The translations under genes and the position numbers were made by a program. The notes beneath the pieces were generated by a model that was given only the letters and a program-made list of their open reading frames with translations, was not told the origin of the DNA and searched no databases. From an uncultured Bacteriovoracaceae bacterium (lineage in GTDB: Bacteria; Bdellovibrionota; Bacteriovoracia; Bacteriovoracales; Bacteriovoracaceae), in the NCBI GenBank assembly GCA_963695255.1, contig OY968777.1:109409-173408 (forward strand): a stretch of 64,000 bases of DNA, read 5' to 3'. Positions 18,750-27,727 of the stretch are shown here, piece after piece. Each line of letters starts with the position of its first letter. Positions within the stretch are counted from its first letter, which is position 1.

Positions 18750-19798
18750 ATGGAAAAAATCAAAAAAACTCGCATCTCGTTTAGAGTTGATTCATCCTCT
18801 TCTATGGGCCTGGGCACCTTATGCGCTGTCTCACACTCGCTAAACAATTCCAACAGTACGACACTTCAATTCATTTTTTTTGTCGTAAGTCTCAAACCGA
18901 CTCAAATTATCTTGTGACTGATTCAGGCTTCGAACTCATTGAGCTCCCAGCTCTCAATATAGATGAGGAATGCCTGTTTCTCGTCTCAATTCTTGATAGT
19001 CATGGGACAGATCTTCTTGTGATCGATCACTATGACTATCTAGTAAAACACGAAACGCTTCTTCGAAAATCTCAACCTGTTCTATGTTTTGATGATACAG
19101 TTATTAGCCATAATTGCGACTTTCTAATCAACCAGCATTTTTTTTGCAAGGCCTCTCTATTTGATGACAAATTGCCATCCGGATGCAAGGTTTTCTGTGG
19201 ACCCCAATATGCTCTCATTAGAGATGATTTTCGCGAAAGTAAGTTGAGGGTGGTCAATAACACAGCCAAGGACGTAACTATTTTTGTAAGTCTGGGCGCC
19301 ACCGATAACCTAAACCTTCTTCCTAAAGTTATCCAAGTGATTGAGGAAACCTTTGTGGATGAAAGGCCTCAAATACAAATCGCAACGAGCTCCTCCAACG
19401 CGGAGCTCGTATCTCTTGAATTCCTCATCGAGCAATCCACTCTTGATATCACTCTCTCAATCGATTCTCCAAGAATTGGGGATATGATGAAAAACTCCAA
19501 TCTGGCCGTGATTGCAGGCGGCTCACTGACTCTTGAAACCTTCTATATGGAAGTCCCATCGATCGTAATACAAACTGCCCAAAATCAGTCAAAGATTGTC
19601 GCCTTCTTAGAGCAGAAAGGTCTTGCTCTTACAATTGATGGCCAAGCGAAAAACTTTTCCTACAACCTAAAAGAGCACTTACGTAAATTCTTCGATCCCA
19701 GCGTTCGCAAACAATTTCAAAAAAAACTCAATCAACTTTTTCATGAGCACTCTCAAGTGGGAGACCTCATTGTTGAAGAATTGGGGATTCAAGTTTGA
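18750..19798 (+). pseudogene. pseG: PseG (UDP-2,4-diacetamido-2,4,6-trideoxy-beta-L-altropyranose hydrolase), interrupted by a 1-nt frameshift near the N-terminus
   Basis: Frame 0 gives MEKIKKTRISFRVDSSSSMGLG. Frame 2 continues (G)HLMRCLTLAKQ ... ATSSSNAEL. Joined, these recreate the conserved FR-DSSS-IG-GH-RC-LA N-terminal motif. Frame 2 has a stop at 18788-18790, so no in-frame start can supply that motif. Confidence 0.8.
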
Positions 19799-20358
19799 AA
19801 ATTGCATTTTTAGGCAACTACTCATCTCAAAAAAGAATTATCCAGGAGCTTGAAAAATTTGGAAGAGTTTCCAGTTTTTCTCTGAAAATTGAGCCGAACT
19901 TACTCGCTCAATTTGATCTTATTATTTCTTATGGCTATCGGCATATTCTCACCGAGGTACATCTTGCTCATTGCTCACGGCCACCTTTAAATTTGCATAT
20001 CTCATATCTTCCTTTTAATAAAGGGGCCCATCCTAATTTTTGGGCATGGTACGAGGGAACGCCCCATGGAGTAAGTATTCACCATATAGATGCGGGAATC
20101 GATACTGGTGACTTGGTCTATCAGGATAAATGCGAGTTCGAGAAAGGAACCACACTTTTAAAGTCTTATCTTCTATTGAAAAAAAACATCGAAGAGCTTT
20201 TTTGTAAACATGTTGAGGATGTTGTGAGGTTTAATTACAAAAGTATACCTCAAAGAGAAGAGGGAACCTTTCACAAAGTCTCGCACCTTCCTCATTTTCA
20301 GGGTGGATGGGATCAAACCATCGAAAGTATTCGAAACCAAATTTCTAGCCAAAGATAA
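19795..20358 (+). CDS. Formyltransferase-domain protein (Fmt N-terminal-domain-like)
   Basis: 187 aa. PLNLHISYLPFNKGAHPNFWA and HHIDAGIDTGDLV match the N...H...D formyltransferase core. ATGA-type overlap with pseG. Confidence 0.65.
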   Translation: MKIAFLGNYSSQKRIIQELEKFGRVSSFSLKIEPNLLAQFDLIISYGYRHILTEVHLAHCSRPPLNLHISYLPFNKGAHPNFWAWYEGTPHGVSIHHIDAGIDTGDLVYQDKCEFEKGTTLLKSYLLLKKNIEELFCKHVEDVVRFNYKSIPQREEGTFHKVSHLPHFQGGWDQTIESIRNQISSQR

Positions 20359-20370
20359 ATTTAACTGCTT

Positions 20371-20398
20371 AGGTCGCCAGCACTTGCGTTGGCGGCCT
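20371..20398 (+). terminator. Strong stem-loop after the formyltransferase gene, without a U-tract
   Basis: aggtcgccagc / gttggcggcct forms 11 bp (2 G-U) around a 6-nt loop. It separates the pse block from the next operon. The missing T-tract makes the terminator role uncertain. Confidence 0.3.
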
Positions 20399-20480
20399 TA
20401 GAAAAGAGAGTCTCTCTTGAGTCTTTTCATTTAGCACAAATAACCTTAGTTTAAGCTCAAACAGATGAACGGAGAGGGTT

Positions 20481-21488
20481 TTGAAACTTCGCGTCGGTAT
20501 CTTAGGATACGGCTATATGGGAGAAATACGCCGCCGCGTGCTTCAAGAAATCCCTAAAGTTGACTTGGTTGCCATTTGTGAGGCAAACGAATCCAAGCTC
20601 TTGCATGAAGAACCGATTAAGGTTTGCCGAACCCCCGCGGATTTTTGGCAAACAGGGCTAGATGCCGTTTTTGTCTGTACACCTAATAATTTAATTCCCG
20701 ACCTGGCAGTCGAGGCCCTATCACGAGGTCTCCATGTATTTTGTGAAAAACCTCCAGGAAAAAACTACGAGGATATTTTGCGGATTAGGGCCAAGGAGCT
20801 AGAATCTCCAGGTAAAAAATTAATGTTTGGCTTTAACCATCGCTACCACCCAGGAATTTTGAAGGCAAAAAAATTGATTGATAGTGGGCAATTTGGAAAA
20901 TTGCTTTGGCTGCGTGGCGTATATGGCAAGTCGGGCGGCAAAAATTATGCAAAATCCTGGAGGAATAAAAAGGACGTCGCTGGAGGTGGAATTCTATTAG
21001 ACCAGGGGATTCACATGCTCGACCTGTTCAATCTCTTTGCAGGTGGCCTGGAAGAAGTGAAGGCAATGGTCACTGAAAGTCACTGGAAGTTTGGAATCGA
21101 AGACAATGCCTTTGTAATTTTGAAAAATCGGGATAATGTTCACGCAATGCTTCATTCTTCTGCAACCCAGTGGAAGCACACTTTTGAATTAAATATTGGT
21201 CTCGAGCTCGGACAACTGATCATTCAAGGCCTTTTGTCGAAAAGCGGAAGCTATGGACGAGAAACCTTGGTCATTAGGAAAAGACAGTTTGAAGATGAAA
21301 GTGAGGCGGTGGGCAATCCGATGGAGCAAATTGTGTATTTTGACAAAGATGACTCTTGGCGCATAGAAGTCGAAACGTTTGTAGATGCGATAGAGCATAA
21401 TCGCGAAATTAAAGGAAGCTCGTCTCAAGAGGCCCTTGCCGTCATGAAACTTGTCAGAGATGCCTACCAAAGCTCTGAAAACGGATAA
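20481..21488 (+). CDS. Gfo/Idh/MocA-family NAD(P)-dependent oxidoreductase
   Basis: N-terminal Rossmann VGILGYGYMG, EKP motif (HVFCEKPPG), 335 aa. TTG start preceded by ggagag. Confidence 0.8.
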   Translation: MKLRVGILGYGYMGEIRRRVLQEIPKVDLVAICEANESKLLHEEPIKVCRTPADFWQTGLDAVFVCTPNNLIPDLAVEALSRGLHVFCEKPPGKNYEDILRIRAKELESPGKKLMFGFNHRYHPGILKAKKLIDSGQFGKLLWLRGVYGKSGGKNYAKSWRNKKDVAGGGILLDQGIHMLDLFNLFAGGLEEVKAMVTESHWKFGIEDNAFVILKNRDNVHAMLHSSATQWKHTFELNIGLELGQLIIQGLLSKSGSYGRETLVIRKRQFEDESEAVGNPMEQIVYFDKDDSWRIEVETFVDAIEHNREIKGSSSQEALAVMKLVRDAYQSSENG

Positions 21489-21492
21489 TATC

Positions 21493-22449
21493 ATGGAAAA
21501 CTACATCATCCACTCAGATATCGATGGGAGAAAAATTAAGCCTGCCGATGCTTTTTTGTATTACAAGGAACTCACACAAAAAGACGTTCAGGAAAGATTC
21601 AAAAAATTAGAAGCATCGAATTGTCCAGCATGTGAGGCCAAAGATTTTGGTCATCCTTTTGACTCAATGGGGATCCCCTACGGCCAATGCTCCAATTGCT
21701 TGACGGTCTATGCCACCTCTCGACCCTCAGAAGATGATATTGAGCAATTTTATTTAAATTCTCCTGCTCGATCGTTTTGGGGTGATGTGATTTGGAAAAA
21801 CTCGGAAGAAGAGAGGATCCAAAAAATCCTAACTCCTTTGGTTGATTGGATAGCAAGAGAGTATTCCCAAAAAGAGAAAAACCAAGGTCTCGAGCTCGCA
21901 ACACTTAACGCTACTCATCCTGTGCTGCAAAATCTATTACAAAAACAGCAGTTTACTTGTAGAGATAAAAGACCTTATTACGAGAACCAGGAGGGCCCAG
22001 CTACCGCCAATGTTGACGGAGTTGTGCTGATTGACACGCTTGATAGAGCTCATCAACCAAGCAAGCTTTTGCAACAAGCATCTTCTTTTCTAAAAGAAAG
22101 GGGGAAGGTCCACCTCACATTCACCCTCTCAACAGGGATTGATTTTCTTGAGCTAGGCCAGCATCATCCCCAGCTTTTTCCTCCGGATCGCCTCAACTGT
22201 TTGAGCTACGAAGGGGCCTGCCAGCTTTTCGAAAAAAATGGGTTCACTATTGAAGAATTCAGCACTCCCGGTGTTTTGGACCTTCAATATCTGGAGCAAA
22301 ATGTTCAAAAAATTCATTCTCCATCCTTAAAATATCTTTTGGAAAAGAGAAACTCTGAGTTCGAAAAAAAGCAAACAATTGAATTTTTACAAAAAAACAA
22401 ACTGAGCTCTCTTGCAAGAGTTCAACTCAAAAAAGGACGCTCTCTATGA
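21493..22449 (+). CDS. Zinc-ribbon protein with degenerate class I methyltransferase fold
   Basis: CPAC...CSNC ribbon. The later block DGVVLIDTLDRAHQPSKLL...GKVHLTF resembles methyltransferase motifs II-III. The motif I position reads LELATLNATHP, with no glycines. I prefer the ATG at 21493 to the track start at 21451. Confidence 0.45.
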   Translation: MENYIIHSDIDGRKIKPADAFLYYKELTQKDVQERFKKLEASNCPACEAKDFGHPFDSMGIPYGQCSNCLTVYATSRPSEDDIEQFYLNSPARSFWGDVIWKNSEEERIQKILTPLVDWIAREYSQKEKNQGLELATLNATHPVLQNLLQKQQFTCRDKRPYYENQEGPATANVDGVVLIDTLDRAHQPSKLLQQASSFLKERGKVHLTFTLSTGIDFLELGQHHPQLFPPDRLNCLSYEGACQLFEKNGFTIEEFSTPGVLDLQYLEQNVQKIHSPSLKYLLEKRNSEFEKKQTIEFLQKNKLSSLARVQLKKGRSL

Positions 22450-23054
22450 CCTATGCGGAAAAATATTTCGAGCAAGTTCAGGCCATCGCAAAGAACATTG
22501 ACTTAGAAAAAGTGGAGGCCATGTTGTCGACTCTTTTAAAGACGAGAGAAAATGAGGGTAGAGTTTTTTTTCTCGGCGTCGGGGGGAGTGCTGCCAATTG
22601 CACTCATGCGGTCAATGACTTCCGTAAGATTGGTGGAATTGAGTGCTATAGCCCCGTTGATAATGTGGCCGAACTCACAGCGCGAACAAATGATGAAGGC
22701 TGGGAAACCGTTTTTAAAGAATATCTCAAAACCAGCAAACTGAGCTCCAAAGATGCTGTTTTCATCTTCAGTGTTGGTGGTGGTAATAAAGAAAAAAATG
22801 TCAGCGCTAATCTCGTTTTTGCTATGGATTATGCCAAAGAAATTGGTGCTAAAATCCTTGGAATTGTCGGTCGAGACGGGGGCCATTGCAAAAAAATTGG
22901 CGATAATGTCATTGTGATTCCAACTCAAAGTCAAGATACCATCACGCCTCACGCTGAGGCCTGGCAAGCTGTGATTTGGCATATGTTGGTCTCCGATCCA
23001 CGCATGATGGTGATGTCCAATAAATGGGAATCCATTGAAAAGGCCTCTCTGTGA
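22446..23054 (+). CDS. SIS-domain sugar-phosphate isomerase (GmhA/PtmF-like size)
   Basis: 202 aa. FFLGVGGSAANCTHAVNDF matches the SIS phosphosugar-binding loop. ATGA overlap with the upstream gene. Confidence 0.75.
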   Translation: MTYAEKYFEQVQAIAKNIDLEKVEAMLSTLLKTRENEGRVFFLGVGGSAANCTHAVNDFRKIGGIECYSPVDNVAELTARTNDEGWETVFKEYLKTSKLSSKDAVFIFSVGGGNKEKNVSANLVFAMDYAKEIGAKILGIVGRDGGHCKKIGDNVIVIPTQSQDTITPHAEAWQAVIWHMLVSDPRMMVMSNKWESIEKASL

Positions 23055-23829
23055 TAGACCTTGCTCGCTCTAAGCGGCTGAGAGATGCTTTCAGAAATCG
23101 GGACCAAGTGTTTTCAACATGGACCTCGATCCCTTCCGCTCAAATCGCTGAGGCCTTTACTTTTGTTAATGCCGATTGTGTCTCGATTGATATTGAGCAT
23201 GGAACGGCCAGCTTTGAAGACTGTCAGAGGATTATTGCTGCGGCACAGTCTAATGGACAGTGCTGCCTGCCCAGAATCTCCTACCACTCTATGGAAATGA
23301 TCAAACGTCTCTGCGATTCTGGAGCAGATGGAGTGATTGTTCCCATGGTCGAGACCTGTGAACAGGTTGAAAATCTAATTCAATGGTTAAAGTACCCCCC
23401 TGTTGGCAATCGTAGTTTTGGTATTAACCGTGCACAAAGTTATGGACTAGGCTTCGACGAGTATGTCTCAGCATGGAATCAGTCGTCGTCTCTCATTTTG
23501 CAAATTGAATCTATTCAGGGCGTGCAAAACATAGATGCCCTGCTTTCTTATGAAGAAGTTGATGGAGTCATGGTAGGCCTTATGATCTTTCCGGAAGCCT
23601 AGGAGTGCCCGGCAAGATCAATCACCCCACTGTTATTGAGGCGGCCAACCATGTCGTTGCACAGGCGAAATTAAAGGGCAAGACAAGTGGAACCCAAATC
23701 TCTCGGCCTACGCGTGAGAACCTGGCATTGACCAAGGCCCAAGACTACAACTTTATTGTTCTCTCTTCAGATATTTTTCTTTTATGGGAATGGGCAGAAA
23801 GAATAAATCATCTGATTTCTTTAGAGTAG
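23051..23829 (+). pseudogene. HpcH/HpaI-family (class II, pyruvate-dependent) aldolase, interrupted by a 1-nt frameshift
   Basis: Frame A ends ...EEVDGVMVG-LMIFPEA*. The next frame reads (P)YDLSGSLGVPGKINHPTVIEAANHVV..., which is the conserved G-P-x-DL-S block of the family. Restored by one extra C at 23578-23579 (ggcctt to ggccctt). Confidence 0.75.
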
Positions 23830-23833
23830 CACC

Positions 23834-24472
23834 ATGTACAGCCGTGAAAAATTCAAAGTCATTGTGCTCGATTTTGACGGTGTGATTATCGAGTCGAATC
23901 ATATAAAGCATAACGGTTTTGAAAAAATTTTTAGACCCTATGCGAATCAGTTTGATCAGATTTGGGAATATCACCTTTCTCATCCCGCGACACCACGTTC
24001 TGAAAAATTTGATTTTATTCTGGCCAATCTTCTTCCCGAGCTCTCTCCATCAATCAAAAGCGAATGGCTCCAAGAATTTCATGAGCTGACCTACGATGCG
24101 ATTCTCCAATCCAGTTTTGTACCGGGGGCCTTGGAGTTTTTAGAAAAATATTCCAAAATGGTCCCAATGTATCTTGCCTCTGCGACACCTCAAGAAACAC
24201 TCAATTCAATTCTAAAGTTCAGAGAGCTCAAGCGATATTTTCGAAAAATTTTTGGTGCCCCTTCAAACAAAGCTCGCATCTTAGAACAAATCGTATCGGG
24301 CTGTTCGATTCCCTCCCGAGAGCTTCTTTTTATCGGAGATGCGATGACTGATCTTCTGGCCTCCCAGCAGGCAAAGACTTCATTTTTGGGGCGTGACAGT
24401 GGGGACCCTTTCCCTAAAGCAACTATCGTCAAAAAAGACTTTATAGAAATTGATCAATACCTAGAGTCTTAA
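23834..24472 (+). CDS. HAD-superfamily phosphatase (subfamily IA-like)
   Basis: Motif I VIVLDFDGVIIES and motif IV FIGDAMTDL. 212 aa. Confidence 0.8.
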   Translation: MYSREKFKVIVLDFDGVIIESNHIKHNGFEKIFRPYANQFDQIWEYHLSHPATPRSEKFDFILANLLPELSPSIKSEWLQEFHELTYDAILQSSFVPGALEFLEKYSKMVPMYLASATPQETLNSILKFRELKRYFRKIFGAPSNKARILEQIVSGCSIPSRELLFIGDAMTDLLASQQAKTSFLGRDSGDPFPKATIVKKDFIEIDQYLES

Positions 24473-24482
24473 AGGAATAAAT

Positions 24483-25259
24483 ATGAGCTATCTTGAAAAA
24501 ATGTTTAATCTTGAAGGAAAAGTGGCGGCCATCACAGGAGCAGGCGGTATGCTTTGCGGTGAGATGGCGAAAGGCCTTGCCCGTACCGGGGTAAAAATCC
24601 TCGTGCTCGATCAAAGAAAAGAAAAGGCCGACGCTGTCGTCAAAGAGATTGAATCCAATGGTGGAGAGGCCTTTCCCCTCGCCCACCAGGCCACTGAAAA
24701 GGAAAGCTTCGAAGAAGCTCTGAAAGTTTGTCTAAAACAATATGGCAAATGTGATGTTTTAATTAATGGTGCGGGCATAAACGCACCAACTCCCTTGCTG
24801 GAGATTTCAGAGCAAGAATGGGATGAAATTCTCGCTGTCCATTTGAAAGGCACTCTTTTTGGATGCCAGGTTTTTGGAAAAATGATGCTAGAAAAAGGCG
24901 GTGGATCCATCGTTAATATGAGCTCGGCTTCCGCTGGCCCTCCTCTTTCAAAAGCTTTTGCGTACTCCGTCGCTAAATCGGGAATTCACAACTTAACACA
25001 AAACGTGGCTAGAGAGTGGGCGAGCGCGGGAGTTCGCGTTAATGCACTCCGGCCTGGTTTTTTTCCAACGGAGTGGAGCCAAAAGCATTTTATCGACGAA
25101 AAACGCAAAGAAGCGATTTGGGGACACACCCCTGCAGGGCGATACGGAAGGCCAGACGAGCTTTTGGGTGCTGTTTTGTGGCTTTGCTCGGATGCGGCGA
25201 GCTTTGTCACCGGTTCAGAGGTCACTGTGGATGGCGGATTTTCTTGTATGACGATTTAG
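24483..25259 (+). CDS. Short-chain dehydrogenase/reductase (SDR)
   Basis: ITGAGGMLCG cofactor motif, NGAG, catalytic YSVAKSG (YxxxK). Confidence 0.85.
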   Translation: MSYLEKMFNLEGKVAAITGAGGMLCGEMAKGLARTGVKILVLDQRKEKADAVVKEIESNGGEAFPLAHQATEKESFEEALKVCLKQYGKCDVLINGAGINAPTPLLEISEQEWDEILAVHLKGTLFGCQVFGKMMLEKGGGSIVNMSSASAGPPLSKAFAYSVAKSGIHNLTQNVAREWASAGVRVNALRPGFFPTEWSQKHFIDEKRKEAIWGHTPAGRYGRPDELLGAVLWLCSDAASFVTGSEVTVDGGFSCMTI

Positions 25260-25275
25260 AATAAAAGGAAAAAGC

Positions 25276-26025
25276 GTGCAGAAAACAATTGTTGTCACCG
25301 GAAGCTCCCAGGGGATCGGCCGGGTTCTCGTTGAACAGTTTGCCAAAAATGGCGATCAAGTCATTGCCTGTGCCCGAAAAGGAAATGAATGGAGTCAAAA
25401 CATTCCTGCAAATGTTAAATTTTTTGAATTTGACCTCACGAAGCGCAACTCTCACTTCCAACTTGTCGAAGAGGCAATCAAATGGAGCGGAAAAATTGAT
25501 GTCTATATCAACAACCTGGGACTTTCTGCCTGGATGCCGCTTCAAGAAATTGATGAAGACTTTGCGAAAAAGATGATTGAAACCAATTTGTTAAGTGCTC
25601 TTTGGGGCTCACAGGCCTTTGCAGAAAAAGCGAGCAAAGACTCGTGCCTTATTAATATTTCCAGCCTAGCGGGCAAGCGAGGCTCGGCCAACAATGGACT
25701 CTACTGCGCCTCAAAATTTGCGGTCAATGGCCTCACTCAATCATTGGCAAAAGAGCTGGGCCCTCGAGGAATCCGGGTCAATGCGGTTTGCCCTGTTTAC
25801 ATAAAAACTCATAATTTGCTTGAGGCCCTCGAAGATAAGAACTCCCCTACTGCGGGTGGAGACACTGATCAATATTTCGAGAATTTTTCTCAATCCCAAA
25901 CAGCGCTCAAGCGGCTTCCTTTGGCAGAGGAGATTGCATCCACTTGTCTCTTTCTCGCGTCCCAAGCCGCATCGGGGATCACCGGCCAGTGCCTAAACGT
26001 TGATTGCGGAGTCATGCCCCAATGA
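25276..26025 (+). CDS. Short-chain dehydrogenase/reductase (SDR)
   Basis: VTGSSQGIGR, NNLG, catalytic YCASKFA. GTG start after aaagga. Confidence 0.85.
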   Translation: MQKTIVVTGSSQGIGRVLVEQFAKNGDQVIACARKGNEWSQNIPANVKFFEFDLTKRNSHFQLVEEAIKWSGKIDVYINNLGLSAWMPLQEIDEDFAKKMIETNLLSALWGSQAFAEKASKDSCLINISSLAGKRGSANNGLYCASKFAVNGLTQSLAKELGPRGIRVNAVCPVYIKTHNLLEALEDKNSPTAGGDTDQYFENFSQSQTALKRLPLAEEIASTCLFLASQAASGITGQCLNVDCGVMPQ

Positions 26026-26800
26026 TCGCTGGTCAAAAAATTGCTGCTATTATCCCTGCGCGAATGGGCTCCTCAAGGTTTCCAGGGAAGCCTTTGGTGA
26101 AAATTCTTGGACTGGCAATGATTGAACATGTGCGAAGAAGGGCCCTTCGAATGGATTTCATCGATGAAGTTATTGTCGCAACTTGTGATCAAGAAATCCA
26201 AACACTTGTCGAATCTCATGGTGGCCGCGTTATTATGACATCAAACACGCACGAACGGTGTACGGATCGAATTGAAGAGGCCGCTCGCCAACTCTCTGCA
26301 GAGATTATCGTCAATATTCAAGGTGATGAGCCGATGGTCGCAGAGGACGCCATTCGTAGAGTCATCGAACCTTTTGAAAATGCAAAATCGCTCAACTGTA
26401 GCTGCGTTATCTATCCCATCACTGAGGACCTTGAATTTCATAGTGTGAATATTGTGAAAACAGTCTTGTCGTTAGAGAAAAAAATTCTTTATTTTTCTCG
26501 GCCCCCATCCCTTCAAATACCAGGAGCTCTGGAACAAAGATTTTTAAGCAATCAGGGATTATGGCCTTTCGAAAAAAATTCTTGCATCAATTTTCAACCT
26601 TGCACGAAGGCCCGCTTGAGCAATCTGAATCGGTAGACATGCTTCGAGTTCTTGAAAATGGAGGAGAAATCCAGGGAGTGCTCTCTGATTTTGAAAGCAA
26701 AGGAGTCGATACACCGGAGCAAGTTGAGATGATTGAAAAACTCATCAAAAACAACAGTGAAGAATATAGAATCTACCAAGAGATTGCTCATGATATCTAA
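26022..26800 (+). pseudogene. KdsB/NeuA-type CMP-sugar-acid cytidylyltransferase, interrupted by a 1-nt frameshift
   Basis: N-terminus IAAIIPARMGSSRFPGKPL and IVNIQGDEP are KdsB-family motifs. The reading ...ILYFSR-PPSLQ... leaves the family pattern. The next frame gives (A/P)PIPSNT...SGIMAFRKKFLHQFSTLHEGPLEQSESVDMLRVLENGGEI. Restored by one extra base at cgg/ccccc, 26499-26506. Confidence 0.75.
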
Positions 26801-27725
26801 AAAAGTGGCCGTTTGCTCTCGAACTTTTTCCAAGCATCAAGTTTTGAGAGCAGAAACACTCGCACTTTTTTCAAATGTGAAGTTTAATGATGACGGACTT
26901 GCTCTCTCTGAAGAAAGTCTGGTGAATTTTCTTGAAGACTGCGTTGGTTGCATCATCGCTCTTGAGCCTATGCAGCGAGATGTTTTGGCAAAACTTCCTG
27001 CCCTAAAGTTTCTTTCAAAATACGGAGTCGGTCTTGATAATCTCGATCTAGAGGCAATTAATGATTACTCTGTTCACCTAGGACATACCGCAGGGGTAAA
27101 TAGACGTTCCGTAAGTGAGTTGGCCCTTGCCCTTATTCTTAATTGCTTAAGAAAAATTTCTCTTCACGACCGAGAAGTGAAGCAAGGAAATTGGAAAAAT
27201 AAAGGTGGGCAAACCCTTTCGGGAAAAAACATAGGAATTATCGGCTTCGGCAGAATAGGTCAGGATTTCGCAAAAATCGTAAAGGGATTCGGAACGTCTA
27301 TTCAAGTCTACGATACTGAAGACAAAGAGCTGGAGGCTAAAGCGCTCGACTGTAAAGCTACCTCACTGCCGGAACTTTTAGAGTCCAGTGATATCATCAC
27401 TCTTCATGTCCCCTTCCAACCCAGTACGCATAACCTTATCGCTGAGAACGAACTTAATCTCATGAAAAAAAATGCCATTCTCATTAATACTTCCCGCGGA
27501 GGCGTTGTCGATGAAACCGCTCTCTTCCAAGCACTCAAGCTTGAAAAGATTGCGGCAGCAGCGTCTGATGTTTTTGTAAATGAACCATTAAACGCTACAT
27601 CCCCCCTGCTCCAACTTGATAATTTTACCGCGACACCACATATTGGAGGAAGCTCCGATGAGTCTATTCTGGCAATGGGTCGGGCCGCCATTTCAAACTT
27701 GAAACATTTATTTGAAGAGTCTTAA
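26790..27725 (+). CDS. D-isomer-specific 2-hydroxyacid dehydrogenase family (PGDH-like)
   Basis: NAD motif GIIGFGRIGQDFA; catalytic-region blocks INTSRGGVVDE and TPHIGGSS. The ATG at 26790 overlaps the upstream stop region. Confidence 0.8.
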   Translation: MISKKVAVCSRTFSKHQVLRAETLALFSNVKFNDDGLALSEESLVNFLEDCVGCIIALEPMQRDVLAKLPALKFLSKYGVGLDNLDLEAINDYSVHLGHTAGVNRRSVSELALALILNCLRKISLHDREVKQGNWKNKGGQTLSGKNIGIIGFGRIGQDFAKIVKGFGTSIQVYDTEDKELEAKALDCKATSLPELLESSDIITLHVPFQPSTHNLIAENELNLMKKNAILINTSRGGVVDETALFQALKLEKIAAAASDVFVNEPLNATSPLLQLDNFTATPHIGGSSDESILAMGRAAISNLKHLFEES

Positions 27726-27727
27726 CA

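Noticed and set aside
23605-23829. Stand-alone 74-aa and 79-aa (26561-26800) ORFs as independent small genes
   Set aside because: Both are the C-terminal continuations of family-typical enzymes (the HpcH aldolase and the KdsB-like transferase). They were cut off by frameshifts and are not separate genes.
18185-26512. Phase-variable homopolymer switches as the explanation for the four frameshifts
   Set aside because: The runs are only 2-5 nt long, far shorter than the tracts of roughly 7 nt or more that drive slipped-strand phase variation.
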